A stretch of 64,000 nucleotides of DNA. Source: an uncultured Gemmatimonadales bacterium. GTDB taxonomy: Bacteria; Gemmatimonadota; Gemmatimonadetes; Gemmatimonadales; GWC2-71-9. Below are positions 30,076 through 38,518 of the stretch, piece by piece. Under the pieces are notes generated by a model. That model saw nothing but the letters and a program-made list of their open reading frames with translations. It was not told the origin of the DNA and ran no database searches. The stretch is taken from the NCBI GenBank assembly GCA_963795085.1, contig CAWCFX010000002.1, forward strand, positions 64,001 through 128,000, given 5' to 3'. The first letter of the stretch is position 1. Each line of letters begins with the position of its first letter. The position numbers were made by a program, and so were the translations under genes.

Positions 30076-31491
30076 ATGTCCGATCTCTCCCACCGCCTGG
30101 CCCGCGCCCACGATCTGCTGCAGCGCCACTTCGGTTTTCCCGATTTCCGGCCCGCCCAGCGGCGGGTGGTGCAATCGGTGCTCGCCGGCCATGATACGCT
30201 CGCGGTGCTTCCGACCGGGGGAGGGAAGTCGGTCTGCTTCCAGGTCCCCGCCCTGGTGCTGGAGGGAATCACCGTGGTCATTTCTCCGCTTATTTCGCTC
30301 ATGCAGGACCAGGTCGAGGCGCTGCGCCGCCGAGGCGTCACCGCCGAGTTTCTGAACAGCACGCAGAGCGGCGAAGCCGCCGCCGCGATCCTGCGGCGAC
30401 TCTGCGGCGGCGACCTCCGCATGGTCTATATCTCGCCGGAGCGGCTCACTTCCCTGGCCGGCGATCTCCGCCGGCTCAACTGCCGGCCTGCCCTGCTGGC
30501 GGTGGACGAGTCGCACTGTATTTCCGAGTGGGGCCACGATTTCCGCCCTTCCTACCGGGACATCGCCCGGGCCCGCTATCTCCTGGGCAACCCACCGGTA
30601 GTCGCCCTGACCGGCAGCGCCACCCCCGAGGTGCGGGACGACATTGCCCGGTCCCTGCGGCTCAAGAACCACCGCCTGATTCTCGGCTCGTTCGACCGGC
30701 CCAATCTCTGGTTCGGCGTCGTCCGGGTTGCCGGTGAGGCTGCCCGGTGGACAGCCCTGCGACGGGCGCTCGCCGCATCGCGAGGAATGTGCATCGTGTA
30801 CACCGCCACCCGGGGCCAGGCGGAACTGGTGACCCAGGCCCTGCGTGAGCATGGCTACCGGGCCTCGCCCTACCACGCCGGTCTGCACGCCGGCGTCCGC
30901 GAACGAATTCTGCACGCGTTCCTCGCTGACGACGTGGACGTCGTGGTGGCGACGAGTGCCTTCGGCATGGGCATCGACAAGGCCACCGTCCGGCTGGTGG
31001 TCCACTGGATTGTCTCGCCCACCATGGAATCCTACTACCAGGAAGCGGGCCGGGCGGGGCGCGACGGCTCACCGGCGCGGTGCATCGCTCTCTACCACCC
31101 CGGGGATTCGGCACTGGCGCGCCGGCAACTGGAGACCACCCTCCCGCCCCGTCGGCTGCTGGAGCGGACCTGGCGGAGCGGGCCGCCGCCGGGTACGCCG
31201 CAGTCGGTCCTGGAATCCGCGGAACGGCTTCGCCGGGAATTGCGTCCCCAGGATGGGCCGATCGCCTGGGAAGCGATCGAAGCCCGGCGGTCGCGGGCCA
31301 CCGCGCGGCTGGCCGCTATGGAGCGTTACGCCCGGTCCAGGCGGTGCCGGCGCGGCTTGGTCCTCCGGTACTTTGGAGAGGTTCCGGGGTCCTGCAGCGG
31401 GTGCGACCGTTGCTCCGGAATGCCCGCGGAACTGGTGCCCCCCGGGCCGCTGGCGGAGCTAGCCAGAAGATGGGTGGGGGTGCAGATTTAG
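30076..31491 (+). CDS. recQ: RecQ-family ATP-dependent DNA helicase (short form, no HRDC)
   Basis: FGFPDFRPAQ, PTGGGKS, AVDESHCISEWGHDFRPSY, AFGMGIDK, YYQEAGRAGRDG, CRR..CSGCDRC. Confidence 0.93.
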   Translation: MSDLSHRLARAHDLLQRHFGFPDFRPAQRRVVQSVLAGHDTLAVLPTGGGKSVCFQVPALVLEGITVVISPLISLMQDQVEALRRRGVTAEFLNSTQSGEAAAAILRRLCGGDLRMVYISPERLTSLAGDLRRLNCRPALLAVDESHCISEWGHDFRPSYRDIARARYLLGNPPVVALTGSATPEVRDDIARSLRLKNHRLILGSFDRPNLWFGVVRVAGEAARWTALRRALAASRGMCIVYTATRGQAELVTQALREHGYRASPYHAGLHAGVRERILHAFLADDVDVVVATSAFGMGIDKATVRLVVHWIVSPTMESYYQEAGRAGRDGSPARCIALYHPGDSALARRQLETTLPPRRLLERTWRSGPPPGTPQSVLESAERLRRELRPQDGPIAWEAIEARRSRATARLAAMERYARSRRCRRGLVLRYFGEVPGSCSGCDRCSGMPAELVPPGPLAELARRWVGVQI

Positions 31492-31611
31492 CCCCTCATT
31501 CGCTCATTCCCTATGGAGAACCACGGCCACTGTTGAAGAACATCGGTTCGGTCTTCGATTCTGCCGCCTCGAGTCGGACGCCCCGGGTAGCTCTGCCGGT
31601 GGGCGGTCGCC

Positions 31612-33273
31612 ATGGATAGCGAAGCGCCAGGCCTCGCCGAGGAGTCGGCGCGGGATCGGCTGGCGGACGCGCTGGGCCCCAAGTTCGAGGTCCGCGATCT
31701 GCTGGGCCGGGGCGGCTTCGCCGAGGTGTACGAAGTGCACGACCGGCAGCTGCACCGCCGGCTGGCGGTCAAGGTGCTCCGGCCGGACCTCGCCTGGACC
31801 CAGGGCATGCTGCAGCGCTTCGAGAAAGAGGCGCGGGCGCTCGCCAGCCTCAGCCACCCCAACATTCTCCCCATCCATTTCGTCGGCGATCGCGGCGGCC
31901 TGGTTTACTACGCCATGCCCTACGTGGAGGGCCTTTCGCTCGGAGACATCCTCCGCACCGAAGGACCCATGGACGGCGAGCGGGCCGCCGGGCTGATACG
32001 GCCGGTCCTCCAGGCCCTGGCCCATGCCCACGAGAAAGGAATGATCCACCGCGATCTGAAGCCTGACAACATCATCCTCGACCAGCAGAGCGGCCGCCCG
32101 TTGCTGGTGGACTTCGGGATCGTCAAGCAGGCGGGAGACGGCCCCGGGGCGACGCTGTCGGGGTTCGTGGTCGGGACCCCCACCTACATGAGCCCGGAGC
32201 AGGCGCTCGGCCAATCCAACGTGGACCACCGGAGCGACATCTACGCCATCGGCGGGGTGCTCTTCCACCTGGTCACCGGATTGCCGCCCTTCGAGGGCGA
32301 TACCTCGCAGGAGATCATCGGGCGGCACATCAGCCACCCGGTGCCGATTCCCAGTTCGGTCAACCACCGGGTGCCCGCCTGGTTGTCCGACGTGATCGCC
32401 CGCGCGCTGGCCAAGCGGCCCGGGGACCGGTTCCAGTCCGCCAACGACATGGCCGATGCGCTCCGGGTGGGGATGCAATCCGGACCGTTGCCGCCGCTGG
32501 TGAGCCGGGAGACGCTGATCCGGCAGATCCGGGAGGACGATCCCACCCACATCATGCCCGCCGCCACGGGCGCCCAGCCCGGCGACGGCGGGCGCGCCAC
32601 GGGCGAATCCCGCGCGTTCGGCCGCCGCTCCGGTGACAGCCCCGCGCTGAGAGGCCAGCGGGTCTGGGCGGGTATCCGGTGGTTCGTGGTCCTGGCCGCG
32701 GTCGCCGCCGCCACCTATTACTTCATCACGGTGAAGCCGGAACTGGTCGTCCGCAATAATCTCATCGTACCGGTCGAGGTGAAGCTGGACAGCAACGTCG
32801 TCGTGCCGCCGGGTTCGGCCCTTGCACACCGTATTCCGCCCGATGCCAAGGTCCTCGGCGGGTGGACCGTGGTCCGCCCGGTGGTCGGCGGCGCGGCGGT
32901 GGGCGAGGCGTTCCGGGGTAACATCCAGGTGGATGGACTCAATCTCACCCAGGCGGTGAGCCGGATCGTCAGTCACGATATCGACAGCTGGACAAGCGGC
33001 GGCGACCGCTACTTTGCCCCCCTGGTCACCAACCTCACCGGGGACTCGGTTCGCGTTTACATCACTGCCGCCAGCCGGCCGGCCGGTTGCCTCTGCTGGC
33101 TGGGACCCGGCGAGCGCCAGCTCATCGGTTACTACGTGCTGGACGGGTCCACGGTCCGGGTCAACGGCCGGGATCGCTTTGCCGTCTTCCGCAACCTGGA
33201 GCGGCTGGTGGACCCGGTGAGCGGCGCGGTCGAGATCCGGGTAGATTCGGCGAGCTTCACCGCCGGCTCCTAG
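31612..33273 (+). CDS. Membrane-anchored Hanks-type Ser/Thr kinase (paralog A)
   Basis: GRGGFAEV, LAVKVL, HRDLKPDN, DFG, GTPTYMSPEQ; single TM (WFVVLAAVAAATYYFI); beta-rich C-terminal domain. Confidence 0.92.
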   Translation: MDSEAPGLAEESARDRLADALGPKFEVRDLLGRGGFAEVYEVHDRQLHRRLAVKVLRPDLAWTQGMLQRFEKEARALASLSHPNILPIHFVGDRGGLVYYAMPYVEGLSLGDILRTEGPMDGERAAGLIRPVLQALAHAHEKGMIHRDLKPDNIILDQQSGRPLLVDFGIVKQAGDGPGATLSGFVVGTPTYMSPEQALGQSNVDHRSDIYAIGGVLFHLVTGLPPFEGDTSQEIIGRHISHPVPIPSSVNHRVPAWLSDVIARALAKRPGDRFQSANDMADALRVGMQSGPLPPLVSRETLIRQIREDDPTHIMPAATGAQPGDGGRATGESRAFGRRSGDSPALRGQRVWAGIRWFVVLAAVAAATYYFITVKPELVVRNNLIVPVEVKLDSNVVVPPGSALAHRIPPDAKVLGGWTVVRPVVGGAAVGEAFRGNIQVDGLNLTQAVSRIVSHDIDSWTSGGDRYFAPLVTNLTGDSVRVYITAASRPAGCLCWLGPGERQLIGYYVLDGSTVRVNGRDRFAVFRNLERLVDPVSGAVEIRVDSASFTAGS

Positions 33274-33354
33274 GTCCCCTCGGATTCACCCCGCCTCCCG
33301 CAAACGGTGTAACTTTCAGCGTTGCCCGCCACTCGACGACCGGCCTGAGGTCCC

Positions 33355-36300
33355 ATGCCGCCCAGGAAAACCACCAGCGCGAAACCGGCCCGGAAAAAGG
33401 CCGGGACCCGTACCCTCCACCGGCAACTCCCCATTGTGGGCATCGGCGCCTCGGCCGGGGGGTTCGAGGCGCTGGAACGGTTGTTCCGGTCGGTGCCGTC
33501 CCGCCCGGGCATCGCCTTCATCGTGGTGCAGCACCTCGATCCCACCCGCGTCAGCGAAATGCCGGCGCTCATCCGCCGGTGGACCTCCCTCAAGGTGGTG
33601 CTTGCCGAAGAGGGTGACCAGCTCAAACCCAACGTGGTCTACACCATTCCGCCTGACCGGTCCCTGACGGTCCAGGGGGGACGGATCCGGCTGGCCCGCC
33701 CGACGGAACCGAGGGGTCTTCGCCTGCCGGTGGATGCGTTGTTCTATTCGCTGGCCCAGGACGCCGCGGAGTGCGCCGTGGGGATCGTGCTTTCCGGAAA
33801 CGGAGCGGATGGCAGTCTCGGGCTCCGGGCCATCAAGGGCCACGGCGGCCTGGTGATCGCGCAGGATCCGGGGACGGCCGAGTTTGAGTCCATGCCGCGC
33901 AACGCGATCGCGACCGGGACCGTGGATTTTATCCTCCCGCCGGCCCGCATGATGGAAACGATTCGTGGGTACGTGGACCACGATTACGTCAGGAAGCCCG
34001 GCAACGGCGACGCCCGGAGCGTGCCGGACTACGTCAGCCAGGTGCTGGCCTTGTTGCACGCCCGGCGGAACGTGGATTTCAGCGGCTACAAGAAGGGCAC
34101 CATGGTGCGCCGGATCGACCGGCGCATGGGGATCCGGCACTTGAGCCGGGGGACCGACTACCTCGCCGCCCTCCGCGCGGATCCCGACGAGGTCAACGCC
34201 CTGTTCAACGATCTCCTGATCCAGGTGACCCGGTTTTTCCGGGATCCGGCCTCCTGGAAGGTGCTGGAGCGGGACGTGCTCGCCCGGCTGATCGAACAGG
34301 CCGACCGGGAGAATCCTGTCCGGGTCTGGGTGCCCGGCTGCGCCACCGGCGAGGAGGCGTACTCCGTGGCGATCCTGTTGCTGGAGTTGGCCGACCGGGC
34401 CGGCCACCGGGCACCCATTCAGGTCTTTGCCTCCGATCTGGACCGGAACGCGCTCGACCTGGCCCGGGCCGGCGTCTTCCCGGAAAGCATCGCCGCCGAT
34501 GTGACTTCCGAGCGCCTGCAGCGGTTCTTCATCGGTGGCGAGCACCGCTATACCGTCAACCAGCAGCTGCGCGACACGGTGGTCTTTGCCCAGCAGAACC
34601 TCCTGGTGGATCCTCCCTTCAGCCGGCTGGACCTGGTGCTCTGCCGAAACGTCCTGATCTACCTCGAAGCCGCCATGCAGCGCCGGGTGATAAATCTCTT
34701 TCACTTTGCTCTCAAGCCGGGCCGCTACCTCTTTCTCGGCAGCAGCGAGACGGTGGGTCCCCAGACCGACCTGTTTCAGCCGGTGTCCAAGCGCAGCCGG
34801 GTGTATCGCCGTCTGGGGTCGGTCCGGCATGACCAGATCCGGTTGAGCATGGCGGGCTTCCCGGCCGCGCTGCCGCCGCCGGCCGCGCAGCAGGCCGCCG
34901 CACGGGAGGACCCGGTCCTGGCGCGGGCCCGGGAGTATCTGCTGGAACGGCACACGCCCGCCACCGCCCTGATCAACCGGCGCATGGAAATCGTCTCGCT
35001 CTTCGGCCGGACCGAGGATTTTCTCACCCAGCCGTCCGGTCCGCTCACCGCCGATCTCCTCGCCTGGGTGCGGGAAGGCGCCCGGACCAAGCTCCGGGTC
35101 GCGGTGCAATCGGCGGTCCGGAAGAAGTCCACGGTGCGGGTCCGCGGGCTTGCCATCGGCCGGAGGTCCGGCTCCATCGTGGTGGAGCCGCTCGCCGGGC
35201 TCGGCGAGTCCGAGGGATTGCTCCTGGTCATGTTCCAGCGGGAAAAGGCTGAGCGGGCGGCGACCCGCACCGAGGCGAAGGGCGGCGATCAGCCGCTGCT
35301 GCGGCAGCTGGAGCGGGAGCTCCAGGTGGCCCGGGAAGAACTCCAGAGCAACGTGGAACAACTGGAGAGTTACAACGAAGAACTTCGCGCGACCAACGAA
35401 GAAGTTCTCTCGATGAACGAGGAACTGCAGTCCACAAACGAAGAACTGGAGACGTCGAAGGAGGAACTGCAGTCCGTCAACGAAGAGCTGAGTGCCGTCA
35501 ACAGCCAGTTGGAGGTAAAAATCGGCGAGATGCAGACGCTGAACGATGACATCAGCAACCTGCTCAGCAGCACCGACCTGCCCACCATTTTCCTGGACCG
35601 CCAGTTCCGGATCCGCCGCTATACCGCCGGCATGACCCGGATCTTCCGGGTGATTCCCTCGGACCTGGGCCGGGCCGTCGATGATATCGTGCGCCTGGTG
35701 GACGACGAGGCGCTCCTCGCCGATGCGGGCGACGTCCTGCACCGGCTGCAACCGATAGAGCGCGAGGTCCTGGGCGCCGCGGGCCGGGGCTACCTGCGGC
35801 GGGTCCTGCCGTACCGTACCGACGACGACCGCATCGATGGCGTGGTGGTCACCTATACCGACATCTCCGACCGGATGCGCGCCGACCGGGCCGTGCGGGA
35901 TGCCCGGGACTTCGCCCTGGCGATTGTCGAAACGCTCCGGGAGCCGCTGCTGGTTCTTGATGAACGGCTCACCGTGCGGTCCGCGAACGCCGCCTTTCAC
36001 CGCACGTTTCATCTCAGCCCCGCCAAAGTCGTGGGCCTTCAGTTCTTCGACGTGGGAGAAGGCGAATGGAACATCCCCGGGCTCCGGCGCAAACTGGAGC
36101 GGCTGCTGCCGGACCACGGCCAGATCGATAATTTCGAAGTGCGCCGGGAATTCGCCGGTGCCGGCGAGCGGATCGTGCGGCTGAATGCCCGGCCCCTCAT
36201 GTTCAGTGGCCAGCCGGTGATTATCGTGGCGCTCGAAGACCTGACCCACCTGGTCCAGGCGGACCGGGCTCGCAACCAGGTGCTCCGCCAGCTGGTCGGT

Positions 36301-36945
36301 GCCGAGGAAAAGGAGCGCCATCGGCTGGCGCTGGAACTCCACGACGAAACCGGCCAGCACGTGACGGCCTTTCTCCTCGGGCTCGCCACCCTTCGGGAGA
36401 CCCACGCCGGCCAGCCCGAGAGCCTGGCCCTGGTCCTGGACCTCAAGGGCCGGGCCGAGGTGCTGGCCCGCCATCTCCACGGTATCGCCCTGCAGCTGCG
36501 GCCCACCGCGCTGGACGATCACGGACTGGAGCGCGCCCTGGCTAACTACATCGAGGACGTGAGCCTTCGCCATGACCTGGAGGTGGACCTGCAGGCCCCG
36601 AAACGGGCGGCGCGCCTGGCGCCCCACATCGAAACCGTCCTCTACCGGGTCGCCCAGGAGGCGGTCACCAACGTGCTCAAACATGCCCGGCCGGCCCGGG
36701 TGAGCATCGTGCTGGCCCAGAAGAAGTCCGAAGTCAGCCTCATCGTCGAGGATACCGGGAGCGGGTTCCAGCCCGAGCTGGTCCTGGCCGGAGGCGACAA
36801 GAATCACCTGGGGTTGCGGGGAATGCGCGAACGGGTCATGCTTGCAGGCGGGACCCTGGTCATCGAATCGGCCCCGGGGTCCGGTACCAGCCTCTTCGTC
36901 AGGATTCCGTTGCCGGGGCAGGACGGTGAAAATGCAGAAGCCTAA
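33355..36945 (+). CDS. CheB-CheR-PAS-histidine kinase (HisKA_3) fusion
   Basis: CheB GIGASAGG/VQHL/LSGNGADG; CheR WVPGCATGEEAYS/CRNVLIY; NEELQSTNEEL coiled coil; PAS domains; ERHRLALELHDETGQ, QEAVTNVLKHA, GLRGMRERV. Confidence 0.92.
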   Translation: MPPRKTTSAKPARKKAGTRTLHRQLPIVGIGASAGGFEALERLFRSVPSRPGIAFIVVQHLDPTRVSEMPALIRRWTSLKVVLAEEGDQLKPNVVYTIPPDRSLTVQGGRIRLARPTEPRGLRLPVDALFYSLAQDAAECAVGIVLSGNGADGSLGLRAIKGHGGLVIAQDPGTAEFESMPRNAIATGTVDFILPPARMMETIRGYVDHDYVRKPGNGDARSVPDYVSQVLALLHARRNVDFSGYKKGTMVRRIDRRMGIRHLSRGTDYLAALRADPDEVNALFNDLLIQVTRFFRDPASWKVLERDVLARLIEQADRENPVRVWVPGCATGEEAYSVAILLLELADRAGHRAPIQVFASDLDRNALDLARAGVFPESIAADVTSERLQRFFIGGEHRYTVNQQLRDTVVFAQQNLLVDPPFSRLDLVLCRNVLIYLEAAMQRRVINLFHFALKPGRYLFLGSSETVGPQTDLFQPVSKRSRVYRRLGSVRHDQIRLSMAGFPAALPPPAAQQAAAREDPVLARAREYLLERHTPATALINRRMEIVSLFGRTEDFLTQPSGPLTADLLAWVREGARTKLRVAVQSAVRKKSTVRVRGLAIGRRSGSIVVEPLAGLGESEGLLLVMFQREKAERAATRTEAKGGDQPLLRQLERELQVAREELQSNVEQLESYNEELRATNEEVLSMNEELQSTNEELETSKEELQSVNEELSAVNSQLEVKIGEMQTLNDDISNLLSSTDLPTIFLDRQFRIRRYTAGMTRIFRVIPSDLGRAVDDIVRLVDDEALLADAGDVLHRLQPIEREVLGAAGRGYLRRVLPYRTDDDRIDGVVVTYTDISDRMRADRAVRDARDFALAIVETLREPLLVLDERLTVRSANAAFHRTFHLSPAKVVGLQFFDVGEGEWNIPGLRRKLERLLPDHGQIDNFEVRREFAGAGERIVRLNARPLMFSGQPVIIVALEDLTHLVQADRARNQVLRQLVGAEEKERHRLALELHDETGQHVTAFLLGLATLRETHAGQPESLALVLDLKGRAEVLARHLHGIALQLRPTALDDHGLERALANYIEDVSLRHDLEVDLQAPKRAARLAPHIETVLYRVAQEAVTNVLKHARPARVSIVLAQKKSEVSLIVEDTGSGFQPELVLAGGDKNHLGLRGMRERVMLAGGTLVIESAPGSGTSLFVRIPLPGQDGENAEA

Positions 36946-37591
36946 ACTCCGGGTCGTCCTGGCCGACGACCACGCCATCGTCCGCGAAGGGCTGCGGGCG
37001 CTGATCGACCGACAGCCGGACATGGAAGTCGTGGGCGAAGCGGGCGACGGCCGGGCCGCCGTGGACGTGTGCGAGCGGCTGCTCCCCGATGTCATCGTGA
37101 TGGACCTGAGCATGCCGGTCCTCAATGGAACCCGGGCCGCCCGGGAACTCATGGAACGACACCCCGAACTCAAGATCCTGGCTCTCACGGTCCACGAGGA
37201 GCGCAGCTACCTGCGGGAGCTGCTGGAGGCCGGGGCCTCGGGCTACCTTCTCAAACGGGTGGCTGCGGAAGAGCTGGTGCACGCCATCCGCCGGGTGGCG
37301 GAAGGCGGCGTCTACGTGGACGGCCGGCTGATCCCCGACGTCCTCGACCGGTATTTCCGGGCGCCCGGCAAGGACGGCAAGCCGGAGGGCCGTCCGCTGA
37401 CCCCCCGCGAAGAAGAGATCATGCGGCTGATCGCCCGGGGGCATAGCAACCGGGAAATCGCCACCCAGTTCGCGGTCTCCGTGAAGACGGTCGAAACCCA
37501 CAAGGCCCGCGCCACCGAAAAGCTGGGCATTCACAACCGTGCCGGCATCGTCCGCTACGCGATGCAGCAGGGGTGGATGGCCGAACAGTAG
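36932..37591 (+). CDS. NarL/LuxR-family response regulator
   Basis: LADDHAIVREGL, VMDLSMP, GYLLK, LTPREEE..SNREIA..VKTVETH; ATG 36932 overlaps the end of the kinase gene. Confidence 0.93.
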   Translation: MQKPKLRVVLADDHAIVREGLRALIDRQPDMEVVGEAGDGRAAVDVCERLLPDVIVMDLSMPVLNGTRAARELMERHPELKILALTVHEERSYLRELLEAGASGYLLKRVAAEELVHAIRRVAEGGVYVDGRLIPDVLDRYFRAPGKDGKPEGRPLTPREEEIMRLIARGHSNREIATQFAVSVKTVETHKARATEKLGIHNRAGIVRYAMQQGWMAEQ

Positions 37592-37779
37592 GGCTTACCC
37601 CGACCATTGTCGGTCGCTGCCCCAATGGCTCTCCGCTCGCTTCCCATCCATAGTCCATCCAACAGCTGGCCTCCGCATGCGCTGGGGAGGGCGATGCGCG
37701 CCCGGTATCCGATTGCGGCGGCGGGTCTGCTGGATGCTGCATTGGTTTCCACGGCAAGAATCCGAACCCCGGAATCACC

Positions 37780-38217
37780 ATGAACAAGGTGCGGCTACTG
37801 GTAGTGGACGATCATGCCGTCGCGATCGAGGGCATCCGCAGCCTCCTGGCCGGCGAGCCGGACATCGAAGTAATCGCCGAGGCGGGTGACTGGTGGACCG
37901 CGGTGAAGATGGTCAACGAGATGGACATGGACGTGTGCATCATGGACGTCTCCAGGCCGGGCCTCGACGGCGCGCTGGCCACCCGCCGCATGAAACAGAT
38001 GAACCCCGCGATCCGGGTCATCGCGCTGGCGGACGATCACGACCTGCACCGGCTGGAGCGCCTGCTCGGTTCCGGCATCAACGCCTATATCCTCAAGCGA
38101 AAGGCGGCGGCGGAACTGCTACCGGCCATCCGGGCCGTCATGTCGAGCGGAGTGTACCTGGGGGACAGCCGCCGCACCCCCCGCGGGCGGTCCGCGCCGG
38201 CGGTCAAGGAAACCTGA
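37780..38217 (+). CDS. Stand-alone NarL-type receiver domain protein (no HTH)
   Basis: LVVDDH, CIMDVS, AYILKR, AIRAVMSSGVYL, then a short tail and stop. Confidence 0.82.
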   Translation: MNKVRLLVVDDHAVAIEGIRSLLAGEPDIEVIAEAGDWWTAVKMVNEMDMDVCIMDVSRPGLDGALATRRMKQMNPAIRVIALADDHDLHRLERLLGSGINAYILKRKAAAELLPAIRAVMSSGVYLGDSRRTPRGRSAPAVKET

Positions 38218-38480
38218 TCCATGTCCCCCAGCCGGTTGCGGGGGGAGCCGCGGGTCGATCCGGGGTTCCCCACCGGCTGGGCCGGACCCAGGGTTCCGGG
38301 TTCGAGGTGCGACCGATGCGGCCGCGGTAGCTTTGCCGATGGGTACAAGGTCGGTGAGCGGCAAATGGCCCGGAGTTGGCCGGATAGCTGCTGCCCCCCG
38401 ATATTGCCCGGAGACCCTGGATGACCTTCCGGCGTACTGTTCCCCGATAAGCCTCCCACCATAGCGCGGGCCCGCCAGCG

Positions 38481-38509
38481 TTGATCCTGTGCTGGGCTCT
38501 TCTTATCAT
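38481..38509 (+). promoter_or_regulatory. sigma70-type promoter for kinase B
   Basis: TTGATC-17 bp-TATCAT, 9 nt before GTG 38519. Confidence 0.6.
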
Positions 38510-38518
38510 TCCCGTACC

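Noticed and set aside
30076..31491. RecQ plus adjacent kinase as an anti-phage module
   Set aside because: It is an ordinary short RecQ with no nuclease, DprA, PRTase or other defence partner nearby.
33316..37188. 1290-aa antisense ORF, and similar long shadow ORFs such as 1924..3660, 8007..10112, 20438..22576, 38204..40306, 44274..46232 and 47140..49059
   Set aside because: They lie opposite well-supported genes and have no motifs. Long stop-free antisense frames are expected with strong GC3 bias.
38360..38395. GG-N10-GC matches upstream of kinase B as sigma54 promoters
   Set aside because: Poor match to TGGCAC/TTGC, expected by chance at this GC content, and a good sigma70 promoter is present at 38481-38509.
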